Positions 35,266-47,630 of a DNA stretch of 64,000 bases are shown here, piece after piece (position 1 is the first letter of the stretch; each line of letters begins with the position of its first letter). The notes under the pieces are model-generated. The model did not search any database and was not told where the DNA came from. It worked only from the letters and a program-made list of their open reading frames with translations. The position numbers and the translations under genes were made by a program. Origin of the DNA: an uncultured delta proteobacterium (GTDB lineage: Bacteria; Myxococcota_A; Polyangia; Haliangiales; Haliangiaceae); contig CAWKDB010000011.1 of assembly GCA_963848295.1 (NCBI GenBank), positions 96,001 through 160,000 of the forward strand, read 5' to 3'.

Positions 35266-37557
35266 ATGTCTGACGCGCCCCCGCCCTATCGCTCCGGCTT
35301 CGCGGCCGGGCTCGGCGTCAGCCTCACCGCCGGGCTCGTGATGTCGATCGTCGACATCGTGCACACCGGCTCCGGCGCCGCGGCACCGGCGTTGCTCGGC
35401 TTGTGGGCGATCCTCGCGCTGCCGCTCGGCGTCGCGGTCGGCATCGTGCTCGCCGCCGGCAACGCGACGTGGGGGGCGGGCTGGATTAGCGGGCTGTTCC
35501 GCCGCCTGCGCGACGACGCCGAGCTCGATCGCACGGTGTCGGCGATCCTGATCGCGGCGGCGTTGCTCGGTGGCGTGCTCGCGTTCGGCGTCGGCAAGCT
35601 CGCGATCCTGTTGGTCGGCGAAGTCCAGCGCAAAGGTCCGGGCGGCCTCCTGCTCGGCGTCGCGGTCGTGGTCGCGATCCCGCTGCTCGCGCTCGGCGCG
35701 CTGCCGATCTATCGGGTCACGCGCTGGATCACCGCGGTCGTGCCCGCTATCGGGCCGCTGTCGCGCGTCGTGCTGCTGCTGCTCGGCATCGCGGTGCTCG
35801 CGGTCGCGGCCGCCTTGTTCGTGATCTTCAAGCAACTCGACTACCAGAAGCTCAACCTCGGCGCGCTCGCCGCGCTCGCCGCGCTGCCGATCGTGGCGCT
35901 CGCGTTCGGCCTGGTGTTCTACGGACCCGCCGCGAAGCTGCGCGAGCGCATCCCCGCGCGCGGTGTGATCGTGGCGGTCGCGACGGTGATCGCGCTCGCG
36001 ATACCGGTCGCCTCGCTGCGCGGTACGCCTTCGCCGGCGGTCGTCGATGCGGTGATGGATCACTCCTACATCGCCGCGCCGATCGAGAAGTGGCCCGGCC
36101 TGGTCGGCCTGTTGCGCAAGCTCATCGATCACGACCACGACGGCTACTCGGCGTTCTTCGGCGGCCCCGACTGCGACGACCATAACCCGAACATCCACCC
36201 CGGCGCGGTCGACATCCCGGACAACGGGATCGACGAGAACTGCGCGGGCGGCGATGCCCACGTCGATCACACGACCCGGCTGCCGGATACCGCGCGGGAC
36301 AACGCACCGAAGATCGCCGCCGGCGACAACGTGCTCATCATCTTCATCGACACGCTGCGCTTCGACCGGCTCGGCATCGCCGGCTACAAGCGCGAAGGCA
36401 AGTCATTGACCCCGCGGCTCGATGCGTTCGCGAACCAAGCCGTCGTGTTTCGTCACGCCTACTCGCAAGCGCCGAACACGCCGCGCTCGGTGCCGTCGTT
36501 CCTCGCGTCGCGCTATCCGTCGCAGCTCGTCGTCGACAAGCAGTTCAAGGACTACGCGACGATCGCCGACGACAACGACCTGCTGTTCGAGGCTCTCCAC
36601 CCGGCCGGCCTCCGGACGATCGGGGAGACCTCTCACTTCTACTTCTGCGATCGCATCAAGCATCCCGAGACGTGCGCCGATGTGCTCAACACCGACGGCA
36701 CGCCGATGCACTCGAACATCGTGCAGGGCGCCGACGAGTGGGACAACACCGACGCGAAGTCGATCCCTGATTCGAACCACGACATCGCCGGCCCGCGGAT
36801 CGTCGCGAAGACGCTCGCGAAGCTCGACGCGCTCGCGCAGGACAAGACGAAGTTCGCGATGCTCGTCCACTTGTTCGAGCCGCACTCGACGTACATGGAG
36901 CATCCCGGCTACACGTACAAGGAGCACGGCACCGCGGCACTCGAGGAGAAGTACGACTACGAGATCGCGTTCGACGACGGCCTCGTCGGTCAGCTCCTCG
37001 ACGCGCTCGACAAGAACGGGCTCGCCGCGAATACCACGGTCGTGGTGATGGCCGATCACGGCGAGGCGTTCGGCGTTCATACGTTCGCCGGCCAGCAGAT
37101 GTTCTTTCACGGCCAGACGCTGTACCAGGAGCTCCTCCACGTGCCGTTGATGTTCCGCGTGCCGCACGGCGCGGCGTGCATGCGCGATGACGTCGTCCAG
37201 CTCGTCGACCTCGCTCCGACGCTCGCGGCGCTGTTCGGCGCGCAGCCGCCATCGACGTGGGCCGGCCGCAGCCTCGCGGCGGCGCTCGCGTGCAAAGATC
37301 CGCTGCCCCCCAAGCCCGCGTTCGCCGAGATGCTGCCGGCGCCGGAGTGGGATCACGCCGCGAAGTCGATGATCTCGTCCGACGGCAAGCGTCACGTGTT
37401 CTACCGGATCAGCGACAACCGCTGGGAGATCTACGATCTCGACGCGGATCCCGACGAGAAGCACAACATCGCCGACTCGGATCCCAACGCGAAGGCGCTC
37501 GAGGGTCAGCTCACGAGCTGGATGGAGGGCCCGCTCGCGGCGGGCGGGGGCAAGTGA
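35266..37557 (+). CDS. Membrane-anchored sulfatase-like protein with MopE-type repeat (paralog of 5688-8507)
   Basis: TM bundle; DHDHDG...[61 protein letters not shown]. Confidence 0.85.
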   Translation: MSDAPPPYRSGFAAGLGVSLTAGLVMSIVDIVHTGSGAAAPALLGLWAILALPLGVAVGIVLAAGNATWGAGWISGLFRRLRDDAELDRTVSAILIAAALLGGVLAFGVGKLAILLVGEVQRKGPGGLLLGVAVVVAIPLLALGALPIYRVTRWITAVVPAIGPLSRVVLLLLGIAVLAVAAALFVIFKQLDYQKLNLGALAALAALPIVALAFGLVFYGPAAKLRERIPARGVIVAVATVIALAIPVASLRGTPSPAVVDAVMDHSYIAAPIEKWPGLVGLLRKLIDHDHDGYSAFFGGPDCDDHNPNIHPGAVDIPDNGIDENCAGGDAHVDHTTRLPDTARDNAPKIAAGDNVLIIFIDTLRFDRLGIAGYKREGKSLTPRLDAFANQAVVFRHAYSQAPNTPRSVPSFLASRYPSQLVVDKQFKDYATIADDNDLLFEALHPAGLRTIGETSHFYFCDRIKHPETCADVLNTDGTPMHSNIVQGADEWDNTDAKSIPDSNHDIAGPRIVAKTLAKLDALAQDKTKFAMLVHLFEPHSTYMEHPGYTYKEHGTAALEEKYDYEIAFDDGLVGQLLDALDKNGLAANTTVVVMADHGEAFGVHTFAGQQMFFHGQTLYQELLHVPLMFRVPHGAACMRDDVVQLVDLAPTLAALFGAQPPSTWAGRSLAAALACKDPLPPKPAFAEMLPAPEWDHAAKSMISSDGKRHVFYRISDNRWEIYDLDADPDEKHNIADSDPNAKALEGQLTSWMEGPLAAGGGK

Positions 37558-37994
37558 GCGGCGGGCCGTATCGCAATCCGGTCCCGACCGTCGACATCCT
37601 GATCGAGCTCGCCGGTCGCCCCGGGACGCTCGTGTTCGTCGAGCGCAAGAACGAGCCGCGCGGCCTCGCGTTGCCCGGCGGCTTCGTCGACGCGGGCGAG
37701 TGGCTCGCCGACGCCGCGGTGCGCGAGGCCAAAGAAGAGACCGGCCTCGACGTCGCGATCGAGCAGCTGTTCCACGTCTACTCCGACCCCGCGCGCGATC
37801 CGCGCCAGCACACGATGTCGACCGTGTTCATCGCGACCGCGTCCGGTGAGCCCCGCGGCGGTGACGACGCCGCGCGCTGCCTGGTGTGCGCGCCGGACCA
37901 GCTACCGCAACCGCTCGTGTTCGATCACGCGACGATCGTCGCGGACTACGTGGCGTTCCGCCGCACCGGCCAGCGGCCACCGCCGCGGAGGTGA
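37554..37994 (+). CDS. NUDIX hydrolase (ADP-ribose pyrophosphatase-like)
   Basis: [25 protein letters not shown]udix box; [16 protein letters not shown] overlap. Confidence 0.92.
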   Translation: MSGGPYRNPVPTVDILIELAGRPGTLVFVERKNEPRGLALPGGFVDAGEWLADAAVREAKEETGLDVAIEQLFHVYSDPARDPRQHTMSTVFIATASGEPRGGDDAARCLVCAPDQLPQPLVFDHATIVADYVAFRRTGQRPPPRR

Positions 37995-37995
37995 C

Positions 37996-40071
37996 TCAGC
38001 GCTCGAACGCGATGCGCAGCGCGGTGACCGCGGCGAATGCGCGCTCGAGGTCCTCGCGATCACCGGCGAGCTCGGTCAGCTCGGCGACGACGGTCGCCCG
38101 CCGCGCGTCATCGCTCGACACCGCCGCGGCCAACAGCCCGCGCGTCTCGACGTCGCGCGGTTGCCAGCGCGACGCGACCCACAGCCGCGCCAGCGCCCCG
38201 GCATCGGGCGCCCGCTTCGCCGCCGCGATCGCGGCCGCCGCGTCGCTCGGATCGTTCGCGCCGGCGAGCGGCGGTGGCGGCGACAGCTTCGCGCGTCGCT
38301 GTGCAAGCGCCGCCACTTGCGAATCGCGACCGAGATCGCGGCTCGCGGCGATCGCGGCATCGAGCGCAGCCGCGATCTGATCGAGCCCGGCCAGATCGAT
38401 CGCATCGCGCGCGGCGGCGAGGGCCTCGACCGGCTTGCCCGCGCTCTCGAGCGCTCGCGACAGCGCGATCCACACGCGCGCCGGATCGCCGTCCGCCGCC
38501 GCCGCACCGGTCGCGACGACGACCGCCGCCGGCGCATCGCCCGCGCGCGCGATCGTCTCGGCGAGCCCGCGCGCGAAGCTCGGCTCCCAGCTCGCATCGA
38601 CCGCGGCTTGCCATTCGTGGCGCGCACGCGCCGAATCGGCGAGCGCATCGAACAACGCCCCGAGCGCGGCGTGCGCCCCGGCGCCATCGACCGCGGTCGC
38701 GACGATGTCGCGCCCGAGCCGCTCGGCGATGTCGGGATCGCGATGGAATGCCCGCGCGGCCGCGACCAGCGCCCCGAGCGCAGCGCCACCGGGAACGCGC
38801 GCGAACGCGTAGCGCGCCGCCGCGGTCGCGACGGGGTCGTCATCGACGTGCGGAGCGATCGTCTGGGGCGCATCGACGCCCCGGCCGGCAGCACCGCCGA
38901 AGGGCGGTGCGGTTCCATCGACGAGCGCCAACAAGGCTCGCCCGTCGTCGCTCGTCGCCGCATCGCCGAGCGTCGCGCGAACCTCGGAGAAGCTCGCGCC
39001 GTCGAGCGCGCGCTCGGCCGCCGCGATCGTCGCGTATCTCGCGGCGACGTGAGCCGGCACCGCACTGTGCCCACCCGCCGCTCGCGCCGCGATCGGACGG
39101 AGCTCCGCTGGCAGCGTGGTCCGCGCCGCCGCGATGTCGACGTGCGCGGCGATCAACGCGGTCCACCCGCCATCGCCGCGCAGCCAGCCGCGCAGGGCCA
39201 CGGCGATCGCCGCGGCGGCCTCGTCGGCGTCGCGGGTCGGCGCACCGAGCGGAGCGGCGAGCCAGGCGGTCGCCGCCGTGCGATCGACTACCGCGTCGCT
39301 CGCCCGACACGCGCTCGCGAACAGACAGCGCTCGCCACCCACCAGATCGGTTTTCGGCGGCGGCGCCGCATCGAGCGGCGTCCACCACGCGACGGCTTGC
39401 AGATAAGCCGCCTGCAACGTCGGCTCGCGCGGCAGCGTCGAGCTCGCATGCCACGCCGCGAGCTGATCGTACGCTTCGCGCCGCGCACCGCGCGCCCACA
39501 GCCACTTCCCGAAGGCGCCGTGCTCGTCGGGCGAAGCCTGCTCGGCCGCGCCGCGCCACGCCGGATCGGTCGCGAGCTCGGCGAGCTTGCGCCGACCGAC
39601 CGCTCGCTCGCCCGCATCGACGTGGCGCAGCTTGCCGATCGCGAAGGCGGCCGCGGCATCCGTTCGCTCGCGATCGCCGATCGCCGCGCCCAGCGCGTGC
39701 GCTCGCTCGAGATCGGCGAGCGCGGTGGTCGAACCGCGCGCGAGCCGCGCGAGGCCACGCGCATGGAGCAACCGCGCGAGGCGCGCTCGATCGACGTCGT
39801 GCCAGCGGATCCCGAGCAACCCGCCGAGCCGCTCCACCTCTTCGAGTTGCTCGATCGCCTCGCTCGGCCTACCCGCGTCATCCGCGATCGCCGCGAGCGC
39901 GAGCCGCGCCTGGACATCACGCGGGTTCGCGATCACGCGGATCTCGAGATCGAGACGCGCCTCGGCCGCGCCCTTCGCGCGCACGATCGCCGCGACGTCG
40001 ATCGGCGTCGGCGGCCGCACGCCACAGCTCGCGAGCAGCGCGAGCACGGGCAACGCGAGACTTCGGTGCAC
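37996..40071 (-). CDS. Ala-rich TPR-like lipoprotein
   Basis: LLASC lipobox; helical TPR-like repeats; convergent with the NUDIX gene. Confidence 0.7.
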   Translation of the reverse strand: MHRSLALPVLALLASCGVRPPTPIDVAAIVRAKGAAEARLDLEIRVIANPRDVQARLALAAIADDAGRPSEAIEQLEEVERLGGLLGIRWHDVDRARLARLLHARGLARLARGSTTALADLERAHALGAAIGDRERTDAAAAFAIGKLRHVDAGERAVGRRKLAELATDPAWRGAAEQASPDEHGAFGKWLWARGARREAYDQLAAWHASSTLPREPTLQAAYLQAVAWWTPLDAAPPPKTDLVGGERCLFASACRASDAVVDRTAATAWLAAPLGAPTRDADEAAAAIAVALRGWLRGDGGWTALIAAHVDIAAARTTLPAELRPIAARAAGGHSAVPAHVAARYATIAAAERALDGASFSEVRATLGDAATSDDGRALLALVDGTAPPFGGAAGRGVDAPQTIAPHVDDDPVATAAARYAFARVPGGAALGALVAAARAFHRDPDIAERLGRDIVATAVDGAGAHAALGALFDALADSARARHEWQAAVDASWEPSFARGLAETIARAGDAPAAVVVATGAAAADGDPARVWIALSRALESAGKPVEALAAARDAIDLAGLDQIAAALDAAIAASRDLGRDSQVAALAQRRAKLSPPPPLAGANDPSDAAAAIAAAKRAPDAGALARLWVASRWQPRDVETRGLLAAAVSSDDARRATVVAELTELAGDREDLERAFAAVTALRIAFER

Positions 40072-40151
40072 GGCGCATCTTGGACGGCTCCGCGTCGCAG
40101 ATCAAACCATCGCGTGTTGACTCTGGCCCCGCCCGAGGCATGCTCGGCCGC

Positions 40152-41033
40152 GTGGCAACCAGCCTCGACACCCATCGCGTCCAACGCATCGCGCTCGGCC
40201 TCGCGCTCGCCGCGTTCGTCGCGGTCACGATCGCGCTGATCGTCGTCGCGACCCGCGGCGGCTCCGACGGCTCCGGCCGGCTGACGCTCGGCGAACACCA
40301 GGTCAGCGCGGACGACTTGGCGCAGATCCGCCAGCACGCGACGTTCAGCACGAGCGGGTTCGCCGTCACCGATCCCGCGCTGGCGACGCGCTTGGGGCTC
40401 GGCCCCGACGACCGCGTGATCGACGTATTCGGCGCACCGGTCCATACCGCGTTCGCATTCCACGAGGTGCTCAAGTTCGCTCGAGGCCGAGGTGCAACCG
40501 CGCTCTACGTCACGATCGAGAGTCACGACGCGCGCAAGACGATGCGCTGGACGTTCGACGAGCCGATCCCACTCGACAGCGCGATGAACGACCTCGGCCC
40601 GACCGCGTCGTCGCTGCCGAGCTACCCACCGCCCCCACCGCCACCGATACCGCCGTCGGTCGATCCCGCCGACCCGCTCGCCGCTCAGCTCAACCAGATC
40701 GAGCACAGCGACGACACCCACTACACGGTCCCGCGGTCGCTCGTCGACGCGGTGCTCGCGAACCCGATGGGCGTCGCGAAGGGCGCGCGGATCGTGCCGG
40801 CGGTGAAGAACGGCAAGCCGGACGGCTTCAAGCTGTACTCGATCCGGCGGACGTCGATTTATGCATTGCTCGGGTTCCGCAACGGCGACACGCTGGTCGC
40901 GATCAACGGCATGGAGCTGACGTCCCCCGACAAGGCGCTCGAGATCTACACGAAGCTCAAAGACACGACCGAGCTCAGCATCGACATCGAACGCCGATTC
41001 CAGCCGATGACGCTCACGATCAAGATCCGGTGA
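40152..41033 (+). CDS. GspC-like PDZ-domain membrane protein
   Basis: N-terminal TM; GARIVPAVKNGKPDGFKLYSIR...LGFRNGDTLVAING.EL.SPDKALEIYTKL is the GspC PDZ pattern; a second degenerate PDZ lies upstream. Confidence 0.8.
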   Translation: MATSLDTHRVQRIALGLALAAFVAVTIALIVVATRGGSDGSGRLTLGEHQVSADDLAQIRQHATFSTSGFAVTDPALATRLGLGPDDRVIDVFGAPVHTAFAFHEVLKFARGRGATALYVTIESHDARKTMRWTFDEPIPLDSAMNDLGPTASSLPSYPPPPPPPIPPSVDPADPLAAQLNQIEHSDDTHYTVPRSLVDAVLANPMGVAKGARIVPAVKNGKPDGFKLYSIRRTSIYALLGFRNGDTLVAINGMELTSPDKALEIYTKLKDTTELSIDIERRFQPMTLTIKIR

Positions 41034-42078
41034 CGTCGGCGCGCGGATCGATGCGCGCCCACTCCGCGGCGAGCGCGCGCGCGAACTGACCGCGCGGCGG
41101 ATTGCCGCCGAGCTCCGCCCGCATGCGATCGGCGATGTGCTCGGCCGCGACGTACGCGGCCTGCGCGCCGGGGTCGTGCCACAGCGCCCACGGCGGCGCC
41201 TCGCCGGTCGGCTCGCTCGCGGCGGGCAACACGCGCTCGATCGCGTCGAGCGTCATCGCGATCGCGGCGCGCCGGGCGCGCGCGGCCCCCGCGAGCGGGC
41301 TCGCCCACTTCGCCGGCAGCCAGCTCGACGATTCGGCGAGACGCGCGACGTAGGCGGCGGCGGCCTCGTCGACCGCGCGCGGGATTCCGCCCGGCAAGAC
41401 GAGCGCCGCTGCGGCGTGGCCGAGCTCGTGCAGGACCGCGAAGCGCGCCGCCTGGCTGTCGACGACCTCGGGCACCACGACGATGACCTCGACCCGAGGC
41501 TCGACGACGAAGCACCGCGGGCGCGCGTTGCGACTGCGATCGATCCGCAGGGCGCCGGATACGCCGAGCCGCGCCGCGATCGCCTGCCAGGCATCGGCGA
41601 CGCCCACGGCATCGATCGCCGGCTCGCGATCGCGCCAGCCCGCGACCGGGGCGAGCAGCTCGGCGGGCGGCCGCTCGCTCGAGATCGAACCGGTGCCGTG
41701 CAGGCGATGCAGCGCCGCGATCGCGCCAGCGCCGAGCTTCGCGCGCGCCGCAGCATGGTCGCGCGCGGTCGCGAGCAGCCCGAGCCCTGCCCAGGTCACC
41801 GCGGCCGCGCGGGCGAGCGTGACCTGCGGATCGCTCTCGATCGCGAGTGGGGCGAGTAACCGCAGCAACGCGAGGCCGCGCTCCGCGTACGCGTCGGTAT
41901 CTGCGGCGAGTCGCGCGGTCGCCAGCGACGACGCCAGCTGCGCGACGAGCGGCGCGCTCGGCGGCGACCGGCCCTCCGCGTGGGCGCGCGCGAACGCCCG
42001 CATGTGCGCCGGTAGCTCCGCCGCGAGCTCGGCTTCGAGCAGATCGAGTGCGAGCTCGATCTGGAGCGGGTCGGTCAT
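41020..42078 (-). CDS. Hypothetical protein with HEXXH motif (zincin-like)
   Basis: VLHELGHA followed by AVDEAAA (third-ligand Glu); ATGA overlap with the UDG gene. Confidence 0.6.
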   Translation of the reverse strand: MTDPLQIELALDLLEAELAAELPAHMRAFARAHAEGRSPPSAPLVAQLASSLATARLAADTDAYAERGLALLRLLAPLAIESDPQVTLARAAAVTWAGLGLLATARDHAAARAKLGAGAIAALHRLHGTGSISSERPPAELLAPVAGWRDREPAIDAVGVADAWQAIAARLGVSGALRIDRSRNARPRCFVVEPRVEVIVVVPEVVDSQAARFAVLHELGHAAAALVLPGGIPRAVDEAAAAYVARLAESSSWLPAKWASPLAGAARARRAAIAMTLDAIERVLPAASEPTGEAPPWALWHDPGAQAAYVAAEHIADRMRAELGGNPPRGQFARALAAEWARIDPRADVTGS

Positions 42079-42845
42079 GCCGGCGGGTTGGGCGGCTGGA
42101 TCCCGAGCCGCGCGAGCTCCCCGATCACCAACTTGAGGTCGCTCCAGGTCTCGCGTTTCTTCGCCGGTTCACGCAGCAGATACGCGGGGTGGTACGTCGG
42201 CATCACCATCGTGCCCTTGCGGTCGTGAAACCTGCCGCGCAGCGCGCCGATCGGCGCGTCGATCCCGAGCAACGTGTTCGCCGCCGGTCGGCCGAGCGCG
42301 ACGATGATCCGCGGCGCGATCGACGCGATCCGCGCGTCGAGGAATGGCGAGCACTGTGCGATCTCGTCGGGTTGCGGGTTGCGATTGCTCGGCGGCCGGC
42401 ACATCACGATGTTGTTGATGTAGACCGTGGCGCGGGTCCAACCCATCGCCTCGATCATCTTGTCGAGTAGCTCTCCCGCCGGCCCGACGAATGGCTCGCC
42501 GCGCTTGTCCTCTTGCTCGCCCGGCGCTTCGCCGACGAACATCAGCGGCGCATCGGGCGCTCCGACGCCGAACACGATCGAGCGCCGAGTCGCGTGGAGC
42601 TTGCACCGCGTGCAGTCACCGACTTCTTCGCGGACCTGCGGCAACGTCCGCCGGCCGGTCCGGATCGCTGCGCCGGCCTCGCCGGCGATCGCGCTCGGTG
42701 TCGCGCCTTCGATCGCGGGACGCGCCATCCGGCCACCCGGCGCCGCCCAGGTCCCGGCCGCGGCGTGATGCTGGAGGTGCGCGCGCAGCGATCGCGTCAC
42801 TGCGAGCAGCTCGTCTCTTGGATCGCCGTCGGCCATGCTATCCAT
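42075..42845 (-). CDS. Uracil-DNA glycosylase, family 4
   Basis: [46 protein letters not shown]. Confidence 0.93.
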   Translation of the reverse strand: MDSMADGDPRDELLAVTRSLRAHLQHHAAAGTWAAPGGRMARPAIEGATPSAIAGEAGAAIRTGRRTLPQVREEVGDCTRCKLHATRRSIVFGVGAPDAPLMFVGEAPGEQEDKRGEPFVGPAGELLDKMIEAMGWTRATVYINNIVMCRPPSNRNPQPDEIAQCSPFLDARIASIAPRIIVALGRPAANTLLGIDAPIGALRGRFHDRKGTMVMPTYHPAYLLREPAKKRETWSDLKLVIGELARLGIQPPNPPA

Positions 42846-42888
42846 CTCCAACGGTATGCCACTTTCAGCCGTGCGACCTCAACTACGG

Positions 42889-43350
42889 ATGGCGTTGGTG
42901 ATCGTTTGCGGAGTGATCGCCGGTGCGTGCCAACGCGGACCGACGCCGCCATCCGGCGATGTCGCCGCGACGCTCACCGGTCCGCTGCTCGACGGTACCG
43001 CGTTCACCCCGGCGAGCCTCGCCGGCAAACCCGCGCTCGTGATGTTCGTGACGCCGACCTGCCCGTACTGCCTCGCGACGTTGCCGCGCGCCCTGGAAGC
43101 GAGCCACGCCGCGCACGCTAACGCGGTCGCGATCTTCTCGGTCGGCATGGCGAAGAACGCACGCGGCGTGATCGATCACGTGCATTGGGATGGCGCCGCG
43201 ATCGTCGACGGCGGCGCACTCGCGAAGCACTACGGCATCCACAGCTTCCCGACGACGTTCGTGCTCACGGCCGACGGCCACGCGCGCGAGGTCCTGGTCG
43301 GCGAGCAGGACGAAGCCACGCTCGCCGACGCGCTCGCCGACGCTCAGTAG
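42889..43350 (+). CDS. TlpA/thioredoxin-like lipoprotein
   Basis: IAGAC lipobox, CPYC, YGIHSFPTTFVL (cis-Pro loop). Confidence 0.85.
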   Translation: MALVIVCGVIAGACQRGPTPPSGDVAATLTGPLLDGTAFTPASLAGKPALVMFVTPTCPYCLATLPRALEASHAAHANAVAIFSVGMAKNARGVIDHVHWDGAAIVDGGALAKHYGIHSFPTTFVLTADGHAREVLVGEQDEATLADALADAQ

Positions 43351-43352
43351 GA

Positions 43353-44027
43353 TCAGCGCTCGGGATCTTGCACGGTCGGCGCGGCCTGATCGGCACCCTC
43401 TCCGAACGACAGGTACGCGTAGTACATGCCGTCGGCCCCGGTCTCCGACTTCACGCTGCCCTCGTGCGTGTCTTTCGGGTTCTTGAACGAGATACGGATC
43501 TCGATTCCGGCGCCGTGCGCCGCCTTGGCCTTCGTCGCCCGCGCCGCTCCAACTCGCGCCGCCGTGATCTTCGCTAAGGGGTTATCGAAGAACCTGGTAT
43601 CGACGGGCCGCCAATCGTTCGGGCCGAGGCGGTTCAGCCCGACGAGCTCGACGACGAGCTGGCCGCCCTCCACGTGCTGCTCCAGCTCGAACGGCGCTAC
43701 CGATTGGAAGAACACTTCGGCGCCGCCGTTCTTCGCCTCGAACCCGATCCAGGTCAGCGTGCCCTTCGCAGCGTGGCGCTTGATCTTGCCGTGGTTGTCG
43801 TTGCGCTGCGGCTGGCCCGGGACGACACCGCCATAGTCGTCCTCGGCGTGTGCGACGCCGGGCGTGTCGGCTGGAGGTGGGTCGTCGCCCGAGGCGAAGT
43901 CGCGCGTACCGTTCGGTGCGGCGGGCGCAGCCTGGGACTTGGCCGGCGGCGTCTTGTGGTGCGGGCGCGCACTCGCCGACGCGGCGAACAGCGTGACGGC
44001 ACACAGAGCGAAGCGCGCTCGCAACAT
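43353..44027 (-). CDS. Secreted hypothetical protein (possibly AMIN-like domain)
   Basis: Signal peptide; LTWIGF...RPVDTRFFDNPL beta-rich domain; TACGAT 6 nt before ATG. Confidence 0.6.
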   Translation of the reverse strand: MLRARFALCAVTLFAASASARPHHKTPPAKSQAAPAAPNGTRDFASGDDPPPADTPGVAHAEDDYGGVVPGQPQRNDNHGKIKRHAAKGTLTWIGFEAKNGGAEVFFQSVAPFELEQHVEGGQLVVELVGLNRLGPNDWRPVDTRFFDNPLAKITAARVGAARATKAKAAHGAGIEIRISFKNPKDTHEGSVKSETGADGMYYAYLSFGEGADQAAPTVQDPER

Positions 44028-44093
44028 GGATCGATCGTACGGGCCCGGCGGCTACTTCGCAACTTCGACGACTACCAGCTATGCTGCGTGTAC

Positions 44094-44651
44094 GTGCGGC
44101 AAGTTCGCGGCATCCTGTTCCTCGACTACGTGCGCATGCTCAAGGCGCGCAAGGCGATGGCGCTACCGGAGCTCGAGCCGGAGGACTTCGCATTCCTGGC
44201 GACGCCGATCGTGCTCGACGGCTGGTACCCGATGGATTCCTTCGAGCGCATGGGCAACGCGATCCTGCGGGTCGTCGCGAACGGCCAGATCTCGCTGGTC
44301 GAGCTGTGGGGGCGGTACTCGGCCGGCCAGCAGTACGCCGCGAACGTCAAGCTGCTCGCGCCCGGAGATCCGGTCGAGACACTCAACCGGTTCCGCGTGC
44401 TGCGCGAGACCTTCTTCGACTTCAACGCGCTCGAGCTGATCATGCTCCACGACGAGGAAGCGCTGATCGAGATCCATTACTACATGGGTCAGCAGGCCGA
44501 GGAGGCGGCGTCTTATCAGGCGCTCGGCTTCTTTGCCGCCCTGCTCGAGCTCGCGGGCGCGCGCGATGTCACGGGCACGTTTCGGCAGCGGTCGTGGGCG
44601 GGTGACGCCAAGACCGTGCTCCAGCTGCGCTGGAGCCCACCCGGCTCGTAG
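44094..44651 (+). CDS. Hypothetical protein (myxobacterial DUF2378/V4R-like)
   Basis: QVRG..F...VR, GWYP, G.F..LLELAGA, W.GD...L.W pattern; start uncertain (44088 or 44094). Confidence 0.6.
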   Translation: MRQVRGILFLDYVRMLKARKAMALPELEPEDFAFLATPIVLDGWYPMDSFERMGNAILRVVANGQISLVELWGRYSAGQQYAANVKLLAPGDPVETLNRFRVLRETFFDFNALELIMLHDEEALIEIHYYMGQQAEEAASYQALGFFAALLELAGARDVTGTFRQRSWAGDAKTVLQLRWSPPGS

Positions 44652-44661
44652 CGCTTGCGCC

Positions 44662-45336
44662 TCAGCGCCGCCACAGCCGGCGCACGCTGTGCGTCCACTC
44701 GACGAGGCCCTCGGCCGCCGCGCGAAACAACGCGAACAAGCCGGCGCGTGGCGTCTCGGTCGCGAGCGGCGCATCAGGGGCGATCGCGGTGACCGCGAAG
44801 TCGATCGACATCACCCCGTCCGCGAGCGCGACCGAGCGATCGGGTGCGATCGAGGTGACGAGCGCCTGCATCGCGTGGTTCGTGACCAGGACCTCGCAGC
44901 GGAACTGTTCGATGCCGCGTTCGGCGGCGGCGGCGCACAGCCTGAGCAGCAGCAGCGTACCGAGTCCTTTGCCGTGCGCTTCGTCGGCGACCGCGATCGC
45001 GGCCTCGGCGGTGACCGGCTCGCCGAGCTCGGGAGGCAACCGGATGAACCGCGCGATACCCCAACCGACCGGCTCGCCGTGGCCATCGCCGATCTCGAGC
45101 ACCGCACCGAGCGCGAAGTGCGACTCCTGATCGACCTCGCACAGGTAGCGCAGCTCGGCGTCGGATAGCGCTTGCTTCGGGACGAGGAACCGCGTGTAGC
45201 GCGACTCCGGCGACCAGCGCTCGAACTCCGTGCGGAGCAGCGCTGCATCGTCGGGCGCGACGAGCCGCAGCCGCACGACCGAGCCGTCGTGGAGCGTCGC
45301 GCGCTCGACGTAGTCGGCGGTGAAGTAACGCGTCAC
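44662..45336 (-). CDS. GNAT-family N-acetyltransferase
   Basis: TLHDGSVVRLR, SPESRYTRF, AEAAIAVADEAHGKGLGTLLL, VLVTNHAM. Confidence 0.88.
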   Translation of the reverse strand: MTRYFTADYVERATLHDGSVVRLRLVAPDDAALLRTEFERWSPESRYTRFLVPKQALSDAELRYLCEVDQESHFALGAVLEIGDGHGEPVGWGIARFIRLPPELGEPVTAEAAIAVADEAHGKGLGTLLLLRLCAAAAERGIEQFRCEVLVTNHAMQALVTSIAPDRSVALADGVMSIDFAVTAIAPDAPLATETPRAGLFALFRAAAEGLVEWTHSVRRLWRR

Positions 45337-46588
45337 CCGCGGCTCGCCGGGGGATCGCTGAGCGCGATCGGATCCGTAGGGACGCCGAGCAGCTCGACGC
45401 GCGCTTCGCCGACGATGAACAACGAGCCCGCGATGACGAGCGGTGCGCCGCGCCCGAGCCTGCGCGCGGCGGCGATCGCGGCGCGGATGTCCGGCGCGAC
45501 GACGACCGGGAGGTCCGGTAGCTCGGCGCGCACGATCGCCGCGAGCGCCTCGGGATCGAGCGCGCGGTCTTGCTGGTAGCGAGTCGCCACGACGGCGCGC
45601 AGCTGCGGGCCGAGCGCGCGGACGATCTCGGCGGCGGCCTTGTCCGACGAGATCGCGAGGATCGCGACGGGCGCCAGCGCGGCCTCGTGCAAGGCCGCGG
45701 CGAGCGCGGCCGCGCCGGACGGATTGTGGGCGCCATCGAACACCACGTCGCCGACGCGCTCGAACCGGCCGGGGTGCGCGACGGTCGCGAGCGCGCGTGC
45801 GCGGACCGGCGCCGGCGCGGCGATGACGCCGAGGGATTCCAGGTGGTCGATCGCGGCGATCGCCGCGGCCGCGTTGCGGCGTTGATGCGCGCCTCCGAGC
45901 GCGACCCGTGGGACCGCGGCGATCGCGGGGTCGTCGACCACGGTCAGCTCGGCGACTCCGGCGGCGCGCGCGGCGGTGGTCAGGATGGCGGTCGCGTCGA
46001 ATTCGCCCGACGCGCCGATCACCGCGCGCTGGCCGCTCTTGAAGATGCCGGCCTTCTCCGCGGCGATCGCCGCGATCGTGTCGCCGAGGATCGCCTCGTG
46101 ATCGAGCGCGATGCCGGTGACGACCGCGATCTCGGCGGCGACGACATTCGTCGCGTCGAGCCGGCCTCCGAGCCCGACCTCGAGCACGGTGATGTCGACC
46201 TCCTCCGCCGCGATCGCGACACATGCGATCGCGGTGAGCTGCTCGAAGAACGTCAGCTCGTCGCCGCCTGCGGCCGACACCTGGCGTCCGGCGTCGACGA
46301 TGTCCGCCTCGCTGATCGGCGCGCCGGCGAACGCGATCCGCTCGCGCAACGACGACAAGTGCGGCGACGTGTACGCCGCGACCCGCGCGCCCGCCGCTGC
46401 CGCGATCGCCGCGACCATCGCGACGGTCGAGCCCTTGCCGTTCGTGCCCGCGACATGGACGACCCTGCCGAGCCTGCGATCCGGCGCGCCGAGCCGATCG
46501 AGCAGCTCGCGCATGCGCTCGAGGCCGAGCACGACGCCGAACCGCCGGGCCGGCAACAACCGGTCGAGCAGCTCGCGGTACGTCATCG

Positions 46589-46592
<4 letters not shown>
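45333..46592 (-). CDS. folC: Folylpolyglutamate synthase/dihydrofolate synthase
   Basis: HVAGTNGKGST, YTSPHL, LEVGLGGRLDATN, DH..ILG, EKAGI, PGRFE, DGAHNP, AGSLF. Confidence 0.95.
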
Positions 46593-47494
<902 letters not shown>

Positions 47495-47630
47495 CGCCGG
47501 TTCCAATACACCCCCGGTGCTGGTTTGGGAAGACTTTCTCTCGCGGTCCGCGCGCTAGTCTGCTAATCAGCATGGGGAAAGTGGCGGTTGGCTGGGTGTG
47601 GTGGAACGGCCCTCAGTACGCGAGGTCGCG

